64,000 nt of DNA, taken from the NCBI GenBank assembly GCA_008690995.1, contig VRMN01000003.1, positions 868,001 to 932,000 of the forward strand, written 5' to 3'. The first letter of the stretch is position 1, and the number at the start of each line of letters is the position of its first letter. Origin of the DNA: Porphyridium purpureum (Eukaryota). This document shows positions 1-10,790 of this stretch, piece by piece. The notes under the pieces are model-generated. The model did not search any database. It was not told the DNA's origin and saw only the letters and a program-made list of their open reading frames with translations. The position numbers and the translations under genes were made by a program.

Positions 1-1064
1 AGCACCTGCTCTTGGTACAATTTGAACTCCGGGGCCTGTGCCATTTTCAGAGCAACTGCAAGGCCAGTGATGGTGTGGTTGTGCGGGCCTCCTTGCAGCC
101 CCGGAAACACGGCCGAGTTGATGGGGTTCTTCAAGTCGTACATCGTCTCCTCGCCCGTCTTGGCGTTCACGGATCGCACGCCCTCTCGGTAGAAAATCAT
201 CGCGCCGCGCGGGCCACGAAGAGCCTTGTGCGTGGTCGTCGTCACCACGTCCGCATACTCAAAGGGACCGGGCACCACGTCCGCAGCCACAAGGCCCGAA
301 ATGTGCGCCATGTCGGCAAGCAGGTACGCGTCTACCGAGTCGGCGATCTCGCGCATTCGCTTATAGTCGTAGTGGCGCGGGTATGCCGATGCACCAGCAA
401 TAATGAGCTTGGGCCGGAATAACAGAGCGTTCTCTGCGAGCTTGTCATAGTCGATGATTCCCGTCTGCTCGTTCAGGCGGTACGGCATGGATTCAAAAAA
501 GATGGACGTTGCCGAGACACGCTTCTTCGGTGTCATGAAGCCGTGAGACAAATGCCCGCCGTGCGGCAAGTCGAGTGCCATGATGCGATCGTGCGGATTG
601 AGAAGCGCGGTGTACACGGCCATGTTGGATGGTGAGCCGGAAAGCGCCTGCACGTTCACGCCCCACTTCTTCGGATCCAGGCGGTACGCCGCCAGCGCGC
701 GCTCCTGGCACAAGGTCTCTGCCATATCGATAAACTCATTCCCACCGTAGTACCTTGCGCCCGGGTATCCTTCCGAGTACTTGTTCGTCATCGGCGAGCC
801 GACGGCTTCCATGACGGCGCGCGGCGCAAAGTTCTCGGACGGAATCAGCTGGATCCCCCGCCACTGCCTGTTCTTCTCCTTCTCGATAATATCGTACACC
901 TCTGGGTCGTAATCCTTGAGCCGCACATTCATCTGCCGCACCGAGTCGCCAAACGTCGCGCCTTCCTCCGTCGCGAACGCCGGCATGCTCGCGAACATGC
1001 GCACGCCGCGCAGCGCGTGCACCGCGCCGACGGCGCTCAGCCGTCCCTGCATGATCAGCGCCAT
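1..1064 (-). CDS. SHMT: Serine hydroxymethyltransferase, probably mitochondrial (3' end runs off the window)
   Basis: Manual translation from ATG 1064: [27 protein letters not shown]... then [60 protein letters not shown] (PLP lysine). Absent from the ORF track because it is open-ended. Confidence 0.95.
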   Translation of the reverse strand, partial: MALIMQGRLSAVGAVHALRGVRMFASMPAFATEEGATFGDSVRQMNVRLKDYDPEVYDIIEKEKNRQWRGIQLIPSENFAPRAVMEAVGSPMTNKYSEGYPGARYYGGNEFIDMAETLCQERALAAYRLDPKKWGVNVQALSGSPSNMAVYTALLNPHDRIMALDLPHGGHLSHGFMTPKKRVSATSIFFESMPYRLNEQTGIIDYDKLAENALLFRPKLIIAGASAYPRHYDYKRMREIADSVDAYLLADMAHISGLVAADVVPGPFEYADVVTTTTHKALRGPRGAMIFYREGVRSVNAKTGEETMYDLKNPINSAVFPGLQGGPHNHTITGLAVALKMAQAPEFKLYQEQV

Positions 1065-1666
1065 CACCACCACGCCTCTCCCGCTCTCTCCTTCTCACCC
1101 GTCACGACGCCACCCCAACCGCACTTCCCTACAGTCTCTCATCAACTCTCCTCTGCATATACAAAGCGCCTTTCTCCCTTCTGTTTTGGCCTCCCACCTT
1201 CCATGGATGGCTCTCAGTGTCAAATACCTGTTCTCCCACCGAACCGCCATCCCTCCTTCCATTCTCTATAAGGTCGCCAGGAGATTCGGGCATGTTCATA
1301 CCAAACCACGCCGCATTCATTAGAGCGTCCAGTTTCTCTATGCTCGAGATCCAGTTTAATGGAGGTTGCACTGTGAGACATAAAACACCGTACCTTTCAA
1401 AGGAGGAGGTACACTACGGTGGTCGATGTACACTGAGCTCACACTCTCAGTGTCCGTAGTAGAGTAGCTAGACTTACACCCGGCTTTGCGCATGTGTTCA
1501 GGCGTAAACCCTAGAAGTAATCGCGCCGGTCGGTTAGAATGAGGGTTGTGTGAACGCCTCAGGTGATGGTGAGGAGTGGCGACAGACGGATAATGCGGAG
1601 ACTGGGGCAGGTGGAAAGGCGAAGCAAGAGCTGGAGAAGAGGGAGGGAGGTGGGAAGGGTGGCGCG

Positions 1667-2446
1667 ATGGCGCGGTCTGTGAGTCTGAAGCGCGTGCAGC
1701 GGCTGTTTGTCAAGGAGATCGAGAGCGAGGCGCGCGTGCTGGAGTCTTATGCGGACGCGGACAACAGCGCGCGCAGGCCGAGATGGAATCTGGCCGAGAA
1801 GCCGCAGAAGGTGCAGGAGATGCACGCATACATGGTGACGAACAATGCGCCCCGTCAGGGACCCAATGGGAAAAGTGCGTCGGGCATGTTTGGAACACAG
1901 GCGCTTATTGAGAAGCAGAAGATGCGCACATACTATGGTAATATGCGCGATTTCAAGTTTAAGCGTTTGGTTCGACAGGCTCGCGAAAGTGGCGGCACCA
2001 ATCCGTCCGAGTTCTTGATGCGTCGCCTCGAGCTGCGCCTGGACACCATGCTTTACCGCACATGCATGGTGTGGTCCATGCGTCAGTCTCAGAAACTGGT
2101 CAAAGACGGACACGTGCTGGTCAACGGAAAGAGATGCACGCACTCAAATCGTGAGCTGCGCACAGGCGACGTTTTTGCCATTCATCCAAGCATGATCGGA
2201 ACGGTCGCGGCAATCGCCATCAAGGTTGCGTCGAGACGCATGGTCATGGGTCTGGGACAGTCGTGGGTTCGCAACTCACCCCTAGGCATGGTGTCCTACT
2301 TGGAAGTCAACCGCGAAGGTCTCAGCGCTGTACTTGTACGTGAACCCCGCGCGGAAGAGCTCGGGGTCTTGACGCGCGCAGCGTTCTTTCCATACCTCAG
2401 AGATGCAAATCTGAACCCTCAAAGAGCCATGGCGTACTATAAGTAG
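1667..2446 (+). CDS. rps4: Bacterial-type ribosomal protein uS4, probably nuclear-encoded mitochondrial
   Basis: LIEKQKMRTYYG, LELRLDTMLYR and QKLVKDGHVLVNGK are uS4/S4-domain motifs. Start set at the first ATG. Confidence 0.85.
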   Translation: MARSVSLKRVQRLFVKEIESEARVLESYADADNSARRPRWNLAEKPQKVQEMHAYMVTNNAPRQGPNGKSASGMFGTQALIEKQKMRTYYGNMRDFKFKRLVRQARESGGTNPSEFLMRRLELRLDTMLYRTCMVWSMRQSQKLVKDGHVLVNGKRCTHSNRELRTGDVFAIHPSMIGTVAAIAIKVASRRMVMGLGQSWVRNSPLGMVSYLEVNREGLSAVLVREPRAEELGVLTRAAFFPYLRDANLNPQRAMAYYK

Positions 2447-2569
2447 TCGCTCTGGTCCTTTCAAGAATCTTCTGACCTCCTTCGTTTCGAAGCACCACGC
2501 AAGGAATCGTCGACGCGGGTTCGGTGTACAAAAAGATAGGCTCGCACGCACTAAAGCAAGCCTCATGTT

Positions 2570-3985
2570 TCAGTTTGTTTGGTGCTTCGTCGACGGTTGA
2601 CCTGATTTTCGCCGCTGATCATCACCGGCAGGCGACTGTGCGGTCGAAGAGGGACTGTCAAAAGTCAACAGGTTTAGAGCTGCGCTCTCGCGAAGAGCGG
2701 CAATATAGGAGTGCCCGTTACGCTGCTGAATCGTATTAGGTTCGTCCTCGACGGGCGCCGCCACGAGTTGTTGAAGAAGACGCATTTTGGAACCGGTCGC
2801 CAGTGCGGCACTCGAGAACGCCGTAATGCGAGTTTCTCTGCGGAGGGCGAGTTCTCGTCTGCTGATCAGTAGCTTGTGGCCGTCTCGACCAGCCACTGGA
2901 TCAGCCTGTGCCTCGCCTCGCGAAGCACGACCTGTCACCAAGCAGGGCTGCACCGAAATTGTATCCACAATTTTATGCTGACCGTCACTGCTCATGGTGG
3001 GCCGTGCACGTGAATATGAACTCGACTCTGAGCGCTGTCGTTTGCTGCGGATTTGGGCGCCTTCTGGCTGGCTTGGGGCAGGCATAATAGAACCGTGCTT
3101 GCTCTTTGAGCTCTGGTCGGCACGTGTCGTGTCTTGTAACGAACAGGCGCCGCGTACTTGGTGAGGTATTCCCTGACGCTGGATCTGTCGAAGTGCTGCG
3201 GCAACGTCCAGAACATCCTGCGGTTCAGTTGGACGGCAGAAAAGACGGGAGAGGCTCTCGTGTGCCATCCTGTCAGCCATTTGCTGCCGGCGGGATACCA
3301 GTCTCGATATCTTTTCGCTTGGTCCCTCAGTTGCGCCGTCGAAGGACTCGTTTGTGTTTCCGGCACTGGTTGGTGGAGTTAGAATGTCAACTTTGGTCGG
3401 GAAGGCCACGGAGGAGAGCATATCTTCACGAAGTCTTCTTTGCTCCACAACTTGCAACGTGAGTCTCGTGCCATCAGCTCTATCCGAAGCACCTGTCAGT
3501 AGATCACGGGAAAGTCCACTCTGCGTCATACTTTGCGAAGATGATGTCTTCCATGGGCTTCGGATCGGCGGGCTCCCAGCAATGCCCGACAAGGGGTTCT
3601 CGAGCCCTTGCGTCACACGTGGTATCTGCTCTTCGTTGGTGTCGTACACAAAGAACTTCAGGCGTGGGAGTCTGTACCCGGACGAACGTAGCCATCCCAG
3701 CGACAATGCCTTGCTCATTTCCGTCTCTGATGATACGCTTATCATGTCACCGTCATCGTCTTCATACATGAACTTTTTCGGCCCATCGCCAGGTCCTGTT
3801 CCGTATTGGTTGGTTCCGAACAGTTTGGGAACGAGTGTTTTCAGGCCGTTGAAGTTGGATGTCGAGAGCCCAATCACGTCGTCGCTACTTCCGTCGATTT
3901 TGAACGCGCACCAGAAGTCCACGCGACGCAGCTCACCTTTGTAGCTGATCTTGACGTCAAAGTGCTGGCCAGGCTTTTGATCCAT
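2570..3985 (-). CDS. PB1-domain protein with long low-complexity C-terminus
   Basis: Basic VKISYKGELRR plus acidic OPCA motif YEDDDGDMISVSSETEM. TATAAAAG lies about 125 bp upstream. Confidence 0.75.
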   Translation of the reverse strand: MDQKPGQHFDVKISYKGELRRVDFWCAFKIDGSSDDVIGLSTSNFNGLKTLVPKLFGTNQYGTGPGDGPKKFMYEDDDGDMISVSSETEMSKALSLGWLRSSGYRLPRLKFFVYDTNEEQIPRVTQGLENPLSGIAGSPPIRSPWKTSSSQSMTQSGLSRDLLTGASDRADGTRLTLQVVEQRRLREDMLSSVAFPTKVDILTPPTSAGNTNESFDGATEGPSEKISRLVSRRQQMADRMAHESLSRLFCRPTEPQDVLDVAAALRQIQRQGIPHQVRGACSLQDTTRADQSSKSKHGSIMPAPSQPEGAQIRSKRQRSESSSYSRARPTMSSDGQHKIVDTISVQPCLVTGRASRGEAQADPVAGRDGHKLLISRRELALRRETRITAFSSAALATGSKMRLLQQLVAAPVEDEPNTIQQRNGHSYIAALRESAALNLLTFDSPSSTAQSPAGDDQRRKSGQPSTKHQTN

Positions 3986-4108
3986 ATCTGCAGCTCCCTC
4001 GAGCAGGGTCAAATGGCTCGTTCAAGCAGGAGCCTTTCTTCGGTGTCTGCTAGATGCTGAAGGGCGAGAAGCGGCAAATTTTGCTGCCACCTGCGGTGCA
4101 GGCGCGTG

Positions 4109-4116
4109 CTTTTATA
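4109..4116 (-). promoter_or_regulatory. Candidate TATA box (TATAAAAG) for the PB1 gene
   Basis: CTTTTATA on the + strand, upstream of ATG 3985. Confidence 0.45.
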
Positions 4117-4515
4117 CTTGCGCGCGCACTGATCCTGGAACGGTCTGATTTACATCACAATGTGCGGAAGCACTGTCGCATCTGCTGACACGGTAATCTT
4201 TTCACATAGACGTCACTTGCGAAAGGAAGGTCAGAGTACGAGGCTTGCATGTTTGAGCTCATTGAAAAACCCGCTCGATGGCCGACTAGTCGCGACGCGG
4301 AGAAGCACGGCGAGTCACGCCATGACAACCTGAGGCTTCGCTGGTGACGGCTGACCCTTTCGCGAGGCAACAAACGAATTTAGAGTGCGATTCAGCCTGT
4401 ACACTGATCACTGTACCCAAAGTACATGCAATCGGCGCGGACGCGACGCGGGCGAGCCTCGCGGGCGTGCCGCGGATTGTCGCACGTCGGTCGCTGTGAA
4501 GGTGTGGGATCCGAT

Positions 4516-5514
4516 ATGGGGATGGAGCGCAGGGGAAATGCCCGGGTGGCCAAAGTGCTGGAGCGGATGACCAAGCCGTTGGCGGACGGCTTGACGTTGG
4601 CCGAGCACCTGATCGCGGGTGCCGCTGCAACGGGCTTTGCGGTGGGCGTGATGCACCCCATGGACACCGTCAAGACCTGCATGCAGAAGGCCGCCCCGGC
4701 TCATCATGGAGGCCAGCTCAACATGATCGGCGCGGTCAAGAAAATTCTCGCGGAGAGCGGCGTAGCCGGCTTGTTCTTTGGCGTGGGTCCAAACGTCTCG
4801 GCGCAGATGCCAGCTGGTGCGATCAAGTTTGCCGCCTTTGAGACACTGACACAGTTCTTCCGCCCCAGGTTTGCGGAAAGCGCGCGCAATGTGGTAGAAT
4901 TCTCGTGCGCGGCTTTGGCGTTTGTCGTCTGCTCGGTGGTGGTGGTCCCCGGCGAAGTGATGAAGCAGCGCCTGCAGGCTGGCGTGTATTCTTCTCTCAG
5001 GGAGGGAATCGCCGAGATTTGGGCGCAAGAAGGCGTGCGCGGTTTCTTTGCTGGATATAACGCCCTCTTGCTGCGTGATGTTCCCTACACAATGCTCGAG
5101 TTTGGTCTGTACGCCGAGTTCAAGGCTCTGGGGAGGAAACTCTTGAAACGCGATCAGTTGACCGCCCAGCAAGAATTGATGCTCGGAGGAGCGGCAGGCG
5201 GTGTCACGGGTTTCTTGACGACGCCGCTGGATGTGGCCAAGACCAAGCTCATGACGCAGGCGCACGTGGATCCTGCTCTGCGATACAAGAGCATAAGCGA
5301 TGCACTCATCCGCGTGGCGAAGGAAGACGGCGTGTCCGGGCTGTTTCGCGGTGCGACGGCCCGTGTTCTTTGGCTCGTTCCATTCACGGCAGTTTTCTTT
5401 GGCGTTCACGAGTTTAGCAAGCGGCAGTTCAAGCAAAGGCGAGCCACCAAAATTTCAAGAACAGCCGCAGTGATCCCGCGCGGATCGTTTTCCAAAGCCG
5501 GAGCGTCGCGATGA
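4516..5514 (+). CDS. Mitochondrial carrier family (SLC25) protein, SAM-carrier-like
   Basis: Three Px[DE]xxK signatures: PMDTVKT, PGEVMKQR, PLDVAKTK. Also RDVPY. Start uncertain (4426/4516/4522). Confidence 0.9.
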   Translation: MGMERRGNARVAKVLERMTKPLADGLTLAEHLIAGAAATGFAVGVMHPMDTVKTCMQKAAPAHHGGQLNMIGAVKKILAESGVAGLFFGVGPNVSAQMPAGAIKFAAFETLTQFFRPRFAESARNVVEFSCAALAFVVCSVVVVPGEVMKQRLQAGVYSSLREGIAEIWAQEGVRGFFAGYNALLLRDVPYTMLEFGLYAEFKALGRKLLKRDQLTAQQELMLGGAAGGVTGFLTTPLDVAKTKLMTQAHVDPALRYKSISDALIRVAKEDGVSGLFRGATARVLWLVPFTAVFFGVHEFSKRQFKQRRATKISRTAAVIPRGSFSKAGASR

Positions 5515-5865
5515 GCAATTCTTGGAAGTTGCCTTCAACTATTTTTTTTCTCGTTCTTGAACCGCAAAGCCTCTTTATCGCTCGGGGTCGCGCGAGATCC
5601 CGCGGTTTCTCTCTCTCGCCGGGCAGTCGCTCCAAAGTTGTGCAATGCGGGTCAGTTGGACGCAGGCATCGTGCACGTTCACGGCGAACTCGGCAAGAGG
5701 TTCAGAAACGCAAATAAATGGAATTGTTATCTCATCTCGCTCAGCAGAACAGCGCATAGGAAATCGGGACCGTGTTAGTACAAGTTGGGCGCTGGGTGGA
5801 ACTTGTACGAGAAGAGCCGTGACGTCCGGGGACGGAAGGTGAGCGGTGGTTTGGCAATCAGATCC

Positions 5866-6360
5866 ATGGCGTTTGTGGCCGGAGGTGGAGCGTCTTTGCC
5901 GCAAGCAGGGCGCGTGAGAGCGTTGCGTTGCCGAGCGGCGGTCGGGCCGGAGGATGTCTCGTCGCGCGCATGCGTAAGCGCGCCGCGCCGGCACACGACT
6001 CGCCTTCAAATGGCCGCCGAGGTGGAGGATGGCGCGACTGAAGTCGCTTCGTCGAAGGCCAAGGAAGAGAACAACTCACAGCTGTACGAAGGGCCGGGCC
6101 CGGGCATGCGCGAGCTGACTCCTGCGGAACTTGCGGAGCAAAAGAAGGTGCTGGTGGCTTTGTCCGAGGAGTGGAAGGCCGAGAGGATGGACCGGGAGTT
6201 CGAGCAATCGCGGTTGTTCGGCCTCACGCGCCGCGCGGAGATCCTGAATGGCAGAGTGGCCATGTTCTTCCTCGCGACCGGCTTACTCACCGAGTACTGG
6301 ACGGGTGAAAATATCCCGGAACAGGTCGAAACCTTGTTTCGCACACTGGGTCTCATCTAG
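5866..6360 (+). CDS. OHP2: One-helix LHC-like protein (OHP2/HLIP type), plastid-targeted
   Basis: MAFV transit peptide, chlorophyll-binding AEILNGRVAM, and C-terminal LLTEYWTGENIPEQV resembling OHP2. Confidence 0.8.
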   Translation: MAFVAGGGASLPQAGRVRALRCRAAVGPEDVSSRACVSAPRRHTTRLQMAAEVEDGATEVASSKAKEENNSQLYEGPGPGMRELTPAELAEQKKVLVALSEEWKAERMDREFEQSRLFGLTRRAEILNGRVAMFFLATGLLTEYWTGENIPEQVETLFRTLGLI

Positions 6361-6832
6361 AGCCTTTGCGTCACCGCCGCGTCCGCCCGTTAGATGTGAG
6401 ACCGCGCGCGGTATAATGTCTCATTATCTTTCGCATGAGCGTATGCGAGTGGCACGATGCCACAGCCTGTTTCTCTCTGTCTCCGAGGATGGTCGGGGGA
6501 GTCGATAATAGAATAGAACACGGAACGGTTTGGATTTGAATCAAAAAGAAAAGATGCTGGTTGGATATTGAGCATGTGCGCGCGTCTATCCCGAGGTAGC
6601 AACGCCGCTAGAAGTGGAACAAGACCCAACATCACCATCGCGCCTAGCCGCCCTCAGCCCGGCTCCTCAAACGCCTCTCCCTAGGGTTCAATGCAGCGGA
6701 AAGCGCTCGAATTGCACAGAAAGCGCGTTTACTTATGGGGCCCAGAAGTCGTTTTAGAATGCGTGGGGCGAAGAATGACCAGGAGTTGTGGACAGCGACG
6801 CGCGCGGAGAGAACGGCACGGGCAGGAGCGCG

Positions 6833-8212
6833 ATGGGGCGATGCGGGGATTGCCGCAAGCAGACGCAGATCTTCTGCTTTGTGTGCCACGAGTTTGTATG
6901 TCCGGCAAGCTTGGCGGAAAAGGCGGCGCACGATCGGTGCGTGGTGGGCTCGTACCGGAAATGGGTGCAGGATAGCTCGTACAAGTGGCCGCCCGAGTGC
7001 GCGCTGTGCTCGCAGGAGATTGAGGTGGAGCAGGAGTCTGTGAGGCTGACGTGCCTGCATGTGCTCCACGCAAAGTGCCTGGTAGACGCGCCGCCGCCAG
7101 CGCTGGCCTGTCCGGAGTGTGGCACGCCGATCGTGCCGTTACCCACGGACACCGCACCGCTCGCAGAGAAGCTGCGCAGGCAAATGGCGCGTGCAGAGTG
7201 GTTCCCCTCTCCGATTTCAGACTCGGAGGAGAGCGCTCTGCGCGCGGATCGCGGCAGCAATGACGTAGTTGGGGAAGAGGCGCATGCACAGAACGGGCAG
7301 ACAGACCAGGAATTACTGAAGAAGTCAGGACGTGCCGCGGAAGAAGCGGCAGACGCGGACACCGAAACAGAATCCGCGGAAGCGACACAACCCGGAGGAG
7401 GAGCTCCACTACATGTAGAATCAGACGTTGCGAGCCGGGGAACTGGCCATGGCCAAGAAACCGTTCCCACCGGAGGAGAGAGTTTTGCGGTCCAAATACC
7501 GGTCGGAGGAAGTAAGGGAGCGGCTGTCGAGGGTCTTGACACCGTTGCAGCACACGAAAGCGTGACAGAGTCGGCAGGTGGCGACAGTCGATCACGCAGA
7601 CCTGCGGTGGGCCACGCATCTGGGGCAGGAGCAGGTACCACGTCGGCTTCGGCTGCGTCTGTACCGGTGCCTCAGGTATACACAGGCAACCCGCTTGACC
7701 TCGAGGAAGGCACTATTGTTGACGGTGCCGCACTTGGGAAGGGCAGCGGTCTAAGCCCGCGTAAAGGTGGCGGACGGCGCACGCGAGACGATGACGACAA
7801 GGCGTTGAAGTATCGAAAGGCCGTGTACAAGAGAATCGCCAACGAGCTCACCCGTCGATGGCTGTCGCTGAAGCGGCTATTGAAGCGCCACCGCAGGCTC
7901 GTGGTTCTTGTCAGTCTGTTACTGTTTGCCTCTGTGTTTCTCTCCTGGTTGCTGTTCGGCGGCGACCGCTCAGAGCCACTGAAGGAGCGCGCGTCGCATA
8001 ACTGGGAGCGCCTTGAGTATGGCGTGGAAGACCGAGCCAAGCTGATTGAAGAAAAGATGCGTGACGTGGAGCACCGAATTTCGCACGACGTGCAGGCGCG
8101 CTTGAAGCTCGAGAATACGCGGTACAAGCGGCCCGGCAGCGTAATCGGCGCGGATGATAATGCGCTTGAGATCCCTGCCCAGGGCCACGAGGCCGGCGAG
8201 CAGGCCGAGTGA
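6833..8212 (+). CDS. ZFPL1: Zinc finger protein-like 1 homologue (B-box-like + RING, C-terminal TM)
   Basis: MGRCGDCRKQTQIFCFVC...HDRCVVGSYRKWVQDSSY...CALC...RLTCLHVLHAKCL...CPEC matches the ZFPL1 N-terminus. DDDDK motif and a TM segment follow. Confidence 0.85.
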   Translation: MGRCGDCRKQTQIFCFVCHEFVCPASLAEKAAHDRCVVGSYRKWVQDSSYKWPPECALCSQEIEVEQESVRLTCLHVLHAKCLVDAPPPALACPECGTPIVPLPTDTAPLAEKLRRQMARAEWFPSPISDSEESALRADRGSNDVVGEEAHAQNGQTDQELLKKSGRAAEEAADADTETESAEATQPGGGAPLHVESDVASRGTGHGQETVPTGGESFAVQIPVGGSKGAAVEGLDTVAAHESVTESAGGDSRSRRPAVGHASGAGAGTTSASAASVPVPQVYTGNPLDLEEGTIVDGAALGKGSGLSPRKGGGRRTRDDDDKALKYRKAVYKRIANELTRRWLSLKRLLKRHRRLVVLVSLLLFASVFLSWLLFGGDRSEPLKERASHNWERLEYGVEDRAKLIEEKMRDVEHRISHDVQARLKLENTRYKRPGSVIGADDNALEIPAQGHEAGEQAE

Positions 8213-8557
8213 CGTGTGCGAAGTCGCGCTGCTGACGGGCGCGCGCCGTTGGGCGGGCGGGTGACGCGCAGCTCACCGAGCCGTTGAGAAGCGAGCTAGA
8301 CCTCTGTCGCCGTGTGCAGTTGCAACTTGTGTGTGCGCGTGCGTGCATGTGAGTGTGTGACAGTGTCCATCGTGTGATCGCGCCAACGCAACCCCACGCG
8401 CGGCAGCACTACGAATCACAACAACGGCCCTGTTTATTCCCCCCCACACTTACACTCACCGTACAAATCGAGTACATCTCCAGTACACGCGAGGTTTTCC
8501 TAATGAGCCAGTTTGGATTGTGGGGACCCAGTGCGTGTGTGCAAGTGGCGTGAAGGA

Positions 8558-8566
8558 TATAAAAGG
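8558..8566 (+). promoter_or_regulatory. Candidate TATA box (TATAAAAGG)
   Basis: Consensus TATA upstream of the first B12D-like gene. Confidence 0.5.
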
Positions 8567-8732
8567 CTCGCCCAGTGGCGCCATGGCGTCGCTGCGGCGT
8601 GTGACAAGAGAGTAGATGCAGAGCCGAGGACAAAGCACAGACAGGAGCAACCAGAAACGCAAGCACGCGGAGGAAAGAGAGCAGGCAACGATCAGAGAAG
8701 AGGTTTTCAGCGGGCAAGGTATTGGGGCAACG

Positions 8733-9080
8733 ATGGCAACGCTGACGAGGTGGGCGTACTTCCAGAAGCACTACCTGAAGCCCGAGGTGTACCCCGTGCT
8801 GGGAGCCGTGGGCGTCGGTCTCTTTGCCGGCGCATACTTTGGCTACCACAAGATTTTCAAGGACCCGTCGGTCGCATTGAACAAGAACCTGCGGCTGTCG
8901 CCAATTGCCACGCAATACGAGGCGTACGGGAATGAGGGCCACGTGGCAGGCATTTCCGCTGTCAAGAGCTTCACAACTCATATGTTCAAGACCGAAGGCC
9001 CTAACATGATTCATTATTACAACTCACCAGAGTTTTTGGAGAAGGAGAGGAAGAATCTGGCGCGATACCGCAGTGAATAG
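8733..9080 (+). CDS. B12D/NDUFA4 (MLRQ)-like small mitochondrial membrane protein, copy 1
   Basis: PEVYPVLGAVGVG + TM + KDPSVALNK is the B12D/NDUFA4 pattern. Start chosen by homology to copy 2 (MATL); an in-frame ATG also exists at 8616. Confidence 0.8.
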   Translation: MATLTRWAYFQKHYLKPEVYPVLGAVGVGLFAGAYFGYHKIFKDPSVALNKNLRLSPIATQYEAYGNEGHVAGISAVKSFTTHMFKTEGPNMIHYYNSPEFLEKERKNLARYRSE

Positions 9081-9543
9081 CTGAAAATGGGGTGTGACCT
9101 CACAAACATAGACGTCAAATAAATGTGGATGCCTGCTTTTATGAATCAGTACGTCTTGCGGCTATGCCCAAAACGCTCGGATGATGCCGCTCTGTTAAGG
9201 CCTAGAGGTCGCACCGCTGCAATCCACTTTCTCGAAGGCAAGCACTCGTCGAGGCGCAAGATTTTTCGAGAATCTCTTGCAAATCTGGCGTACACATTAT
9301 GCAGTCAGATTTTGTCGTGAGACTAGCTACAAATGGCTGTAGCGGACCGGTTTATTCAAACGTGGGATGCAAAGAAGCGGCAGACTCGCACAAAAGGGAC
9401 ATCAGCAAGGAGAACAACGTGAACAACAAGAACAACACCGACAGAACCAAAAACGCAAACAGAAGCAGCAGGAGATTCCGACGGCCATAGCAGCACCTTT
9501 GCGACAGTCAGCTCTGTAGCGCATTGAGCACAGAAAAGTAGCC

Positions 9544-9900
9544 ATGGCAACGCTGAAAACGTTTGCCGCCATTTTCCGCGGGGAGAAGTTACCGCCCGAA
9601 GTGTACCCCATCATGGCGGCCACAAGCGTGGCATTCGGGCTTGCATTCTACTTTGGTCTCGAAAAGCTCTTCCGTGATCCTTCTGTGCAGCCGAACAAAC
9701 ACCTGCGTCAAAAGCCGTTCTGTGAACAGTACAAGGCATACGGTGACCATGGCCACCTGGCAGCTGTTTCGCAAACCAAGCGTTTCTCGACACGCATGTT
9801 CGAGTCGCCTTTCAGAGGAGAAAATGTTGTGGCCAAGTATAATACGCACGATGCACTGGATCGAGAAACGGCCAGGCTCGCGCCCTATCGCTCGGTGTGA
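9544..9900 (+). CDS. B12D/NDUFA4-like protein, copy 2 (tandem paralogue)
   Basis: PEVYPIMAA...RDPSVQPNKHLR...QYKAYGDHGHLA aligns end to end with copy 1. Confidence 0.8.
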   Translation: MATLKTFAAIFRGEKLPPEVYPIMAATSVAFGLAFYFGLEKLFRDPSVQPNKHLRQKPFCEQYKAYGDHGHLAAVSQTKRFSTRMFESPFRGENVVAKYNTHDALDRETARLAPYRSV

Positions 9901-9972
9901 GGATGAAGAGGCGAAGGAATTGTTACACCTCATGCAGCATTCGTGCTTGAGCGAATCTTGTCACGCTCTTCA

Positions 9973-10380
9973 TCATTTGTCAGCTTTTTCCGGTACATCG
10001 TGTATAGCAGCACCGAGACCAATTCGGCTGCTGGCTTGATCTTCCTGTCTCTTGAGTTCGTAATAATCGTAGCCTCCGAAAATGCGCTGCAGCTGGTAGA
10101 GCTGCACGGTCTCGTTTGTGATATGGCACGCAAATAGCAAGTAATTACGCGGCTGGACTCGCCAGGCAAAACGCATGAACAAGATACTATAAATACACAG
10201 AGCGCCCGTCATGTTCGGGGACAGCTTATCTGCCGGCTTGGCGAGATCGGCCAAGCCGGAGATGGCCAAGCCCCAGTTTGCCGCGGGCCCCCAAAAGTGC
10301 GTCGTCATGGGCCCGGTGGGACTCTTCAACCATCGCACAAACACATTGCCGCCCTCCACGGCTGCTACTTTCCCCGCCAT
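9973..10380 (-). CDS. MPC1: Mitochondrial pyruvate carrier 1
   Basis: [12 protein letters not shown] and [23 protein letters not shown]. Confidence 0.93.
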   Translation of the reverse strand: MAGKVAAVEGGNVFVRWLKSPTGPMTTHFWGPAANWGLAISGLADLAKPADKLSPNMTGALCIYSILFMRFAWRVQPRNYLLFACHITNETVQLYQLQRIFGGYDYYELKRQEDQASSRIGLGAAIHDVPEKADK

Positions 10381-10498
10381 CTCTCCTCCGGCGTCACCAA
10401 TCCACCAATCCGACAATCGATCCCCACTCCCACCGTCTCACCTTTCTCTGACTCCCTCGCGCCTACCCGCTTCCCCTTGAACCCGTTCCACAGATCAC

Positions 10499-10552
10499 CC
10501 GATACGCCGATACGCCGATACGCCGATACGCCGATACGCCGATACGCCGATA
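10499..10552. repeat. Perfect 8-bp tandem repeat (GATACGCC)x6 plus partial units
   Basis: Read directly; lies between the divergent MPC1 and amylase genes. Confidence 0.95.
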
Positions 10553-10790
10553 TGTTCGTTCCAGCTGTGCGTGCGTGCTGATGTCCGTTGCGGGGTTCAA
10601 GAAAATGAATCTCAGAAAGTAGTATGGCACAGACCGAAGCGATCCGACGTCGGCACGGACCTAGAGTAGTGGCTGGCGATTCGGGTGGACGGTGGAATCG
10701 ACGACCTGGGAGGCTATAGACGCGCGGTGGACGTGCACCGGCTGGGTGGGCGAGCAACGTGAAGTGCCGGGTGTGGATCTGGGTGCGACA

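Noticed and set aside
1..10380. Apparent concentration of mitochondrial genes (SHMT, rps4, carrier, two B12D, MPC1)
   Set aside because: Mixed strands, interrupted by unrelated genes and inflated by a tandem duplicate; not testable from one window.
10499..10552. Possible CRISPR-like array
   Set aside because: Contiguous 8-bp units with no spacers, no cas genes and a eukaryotic context.
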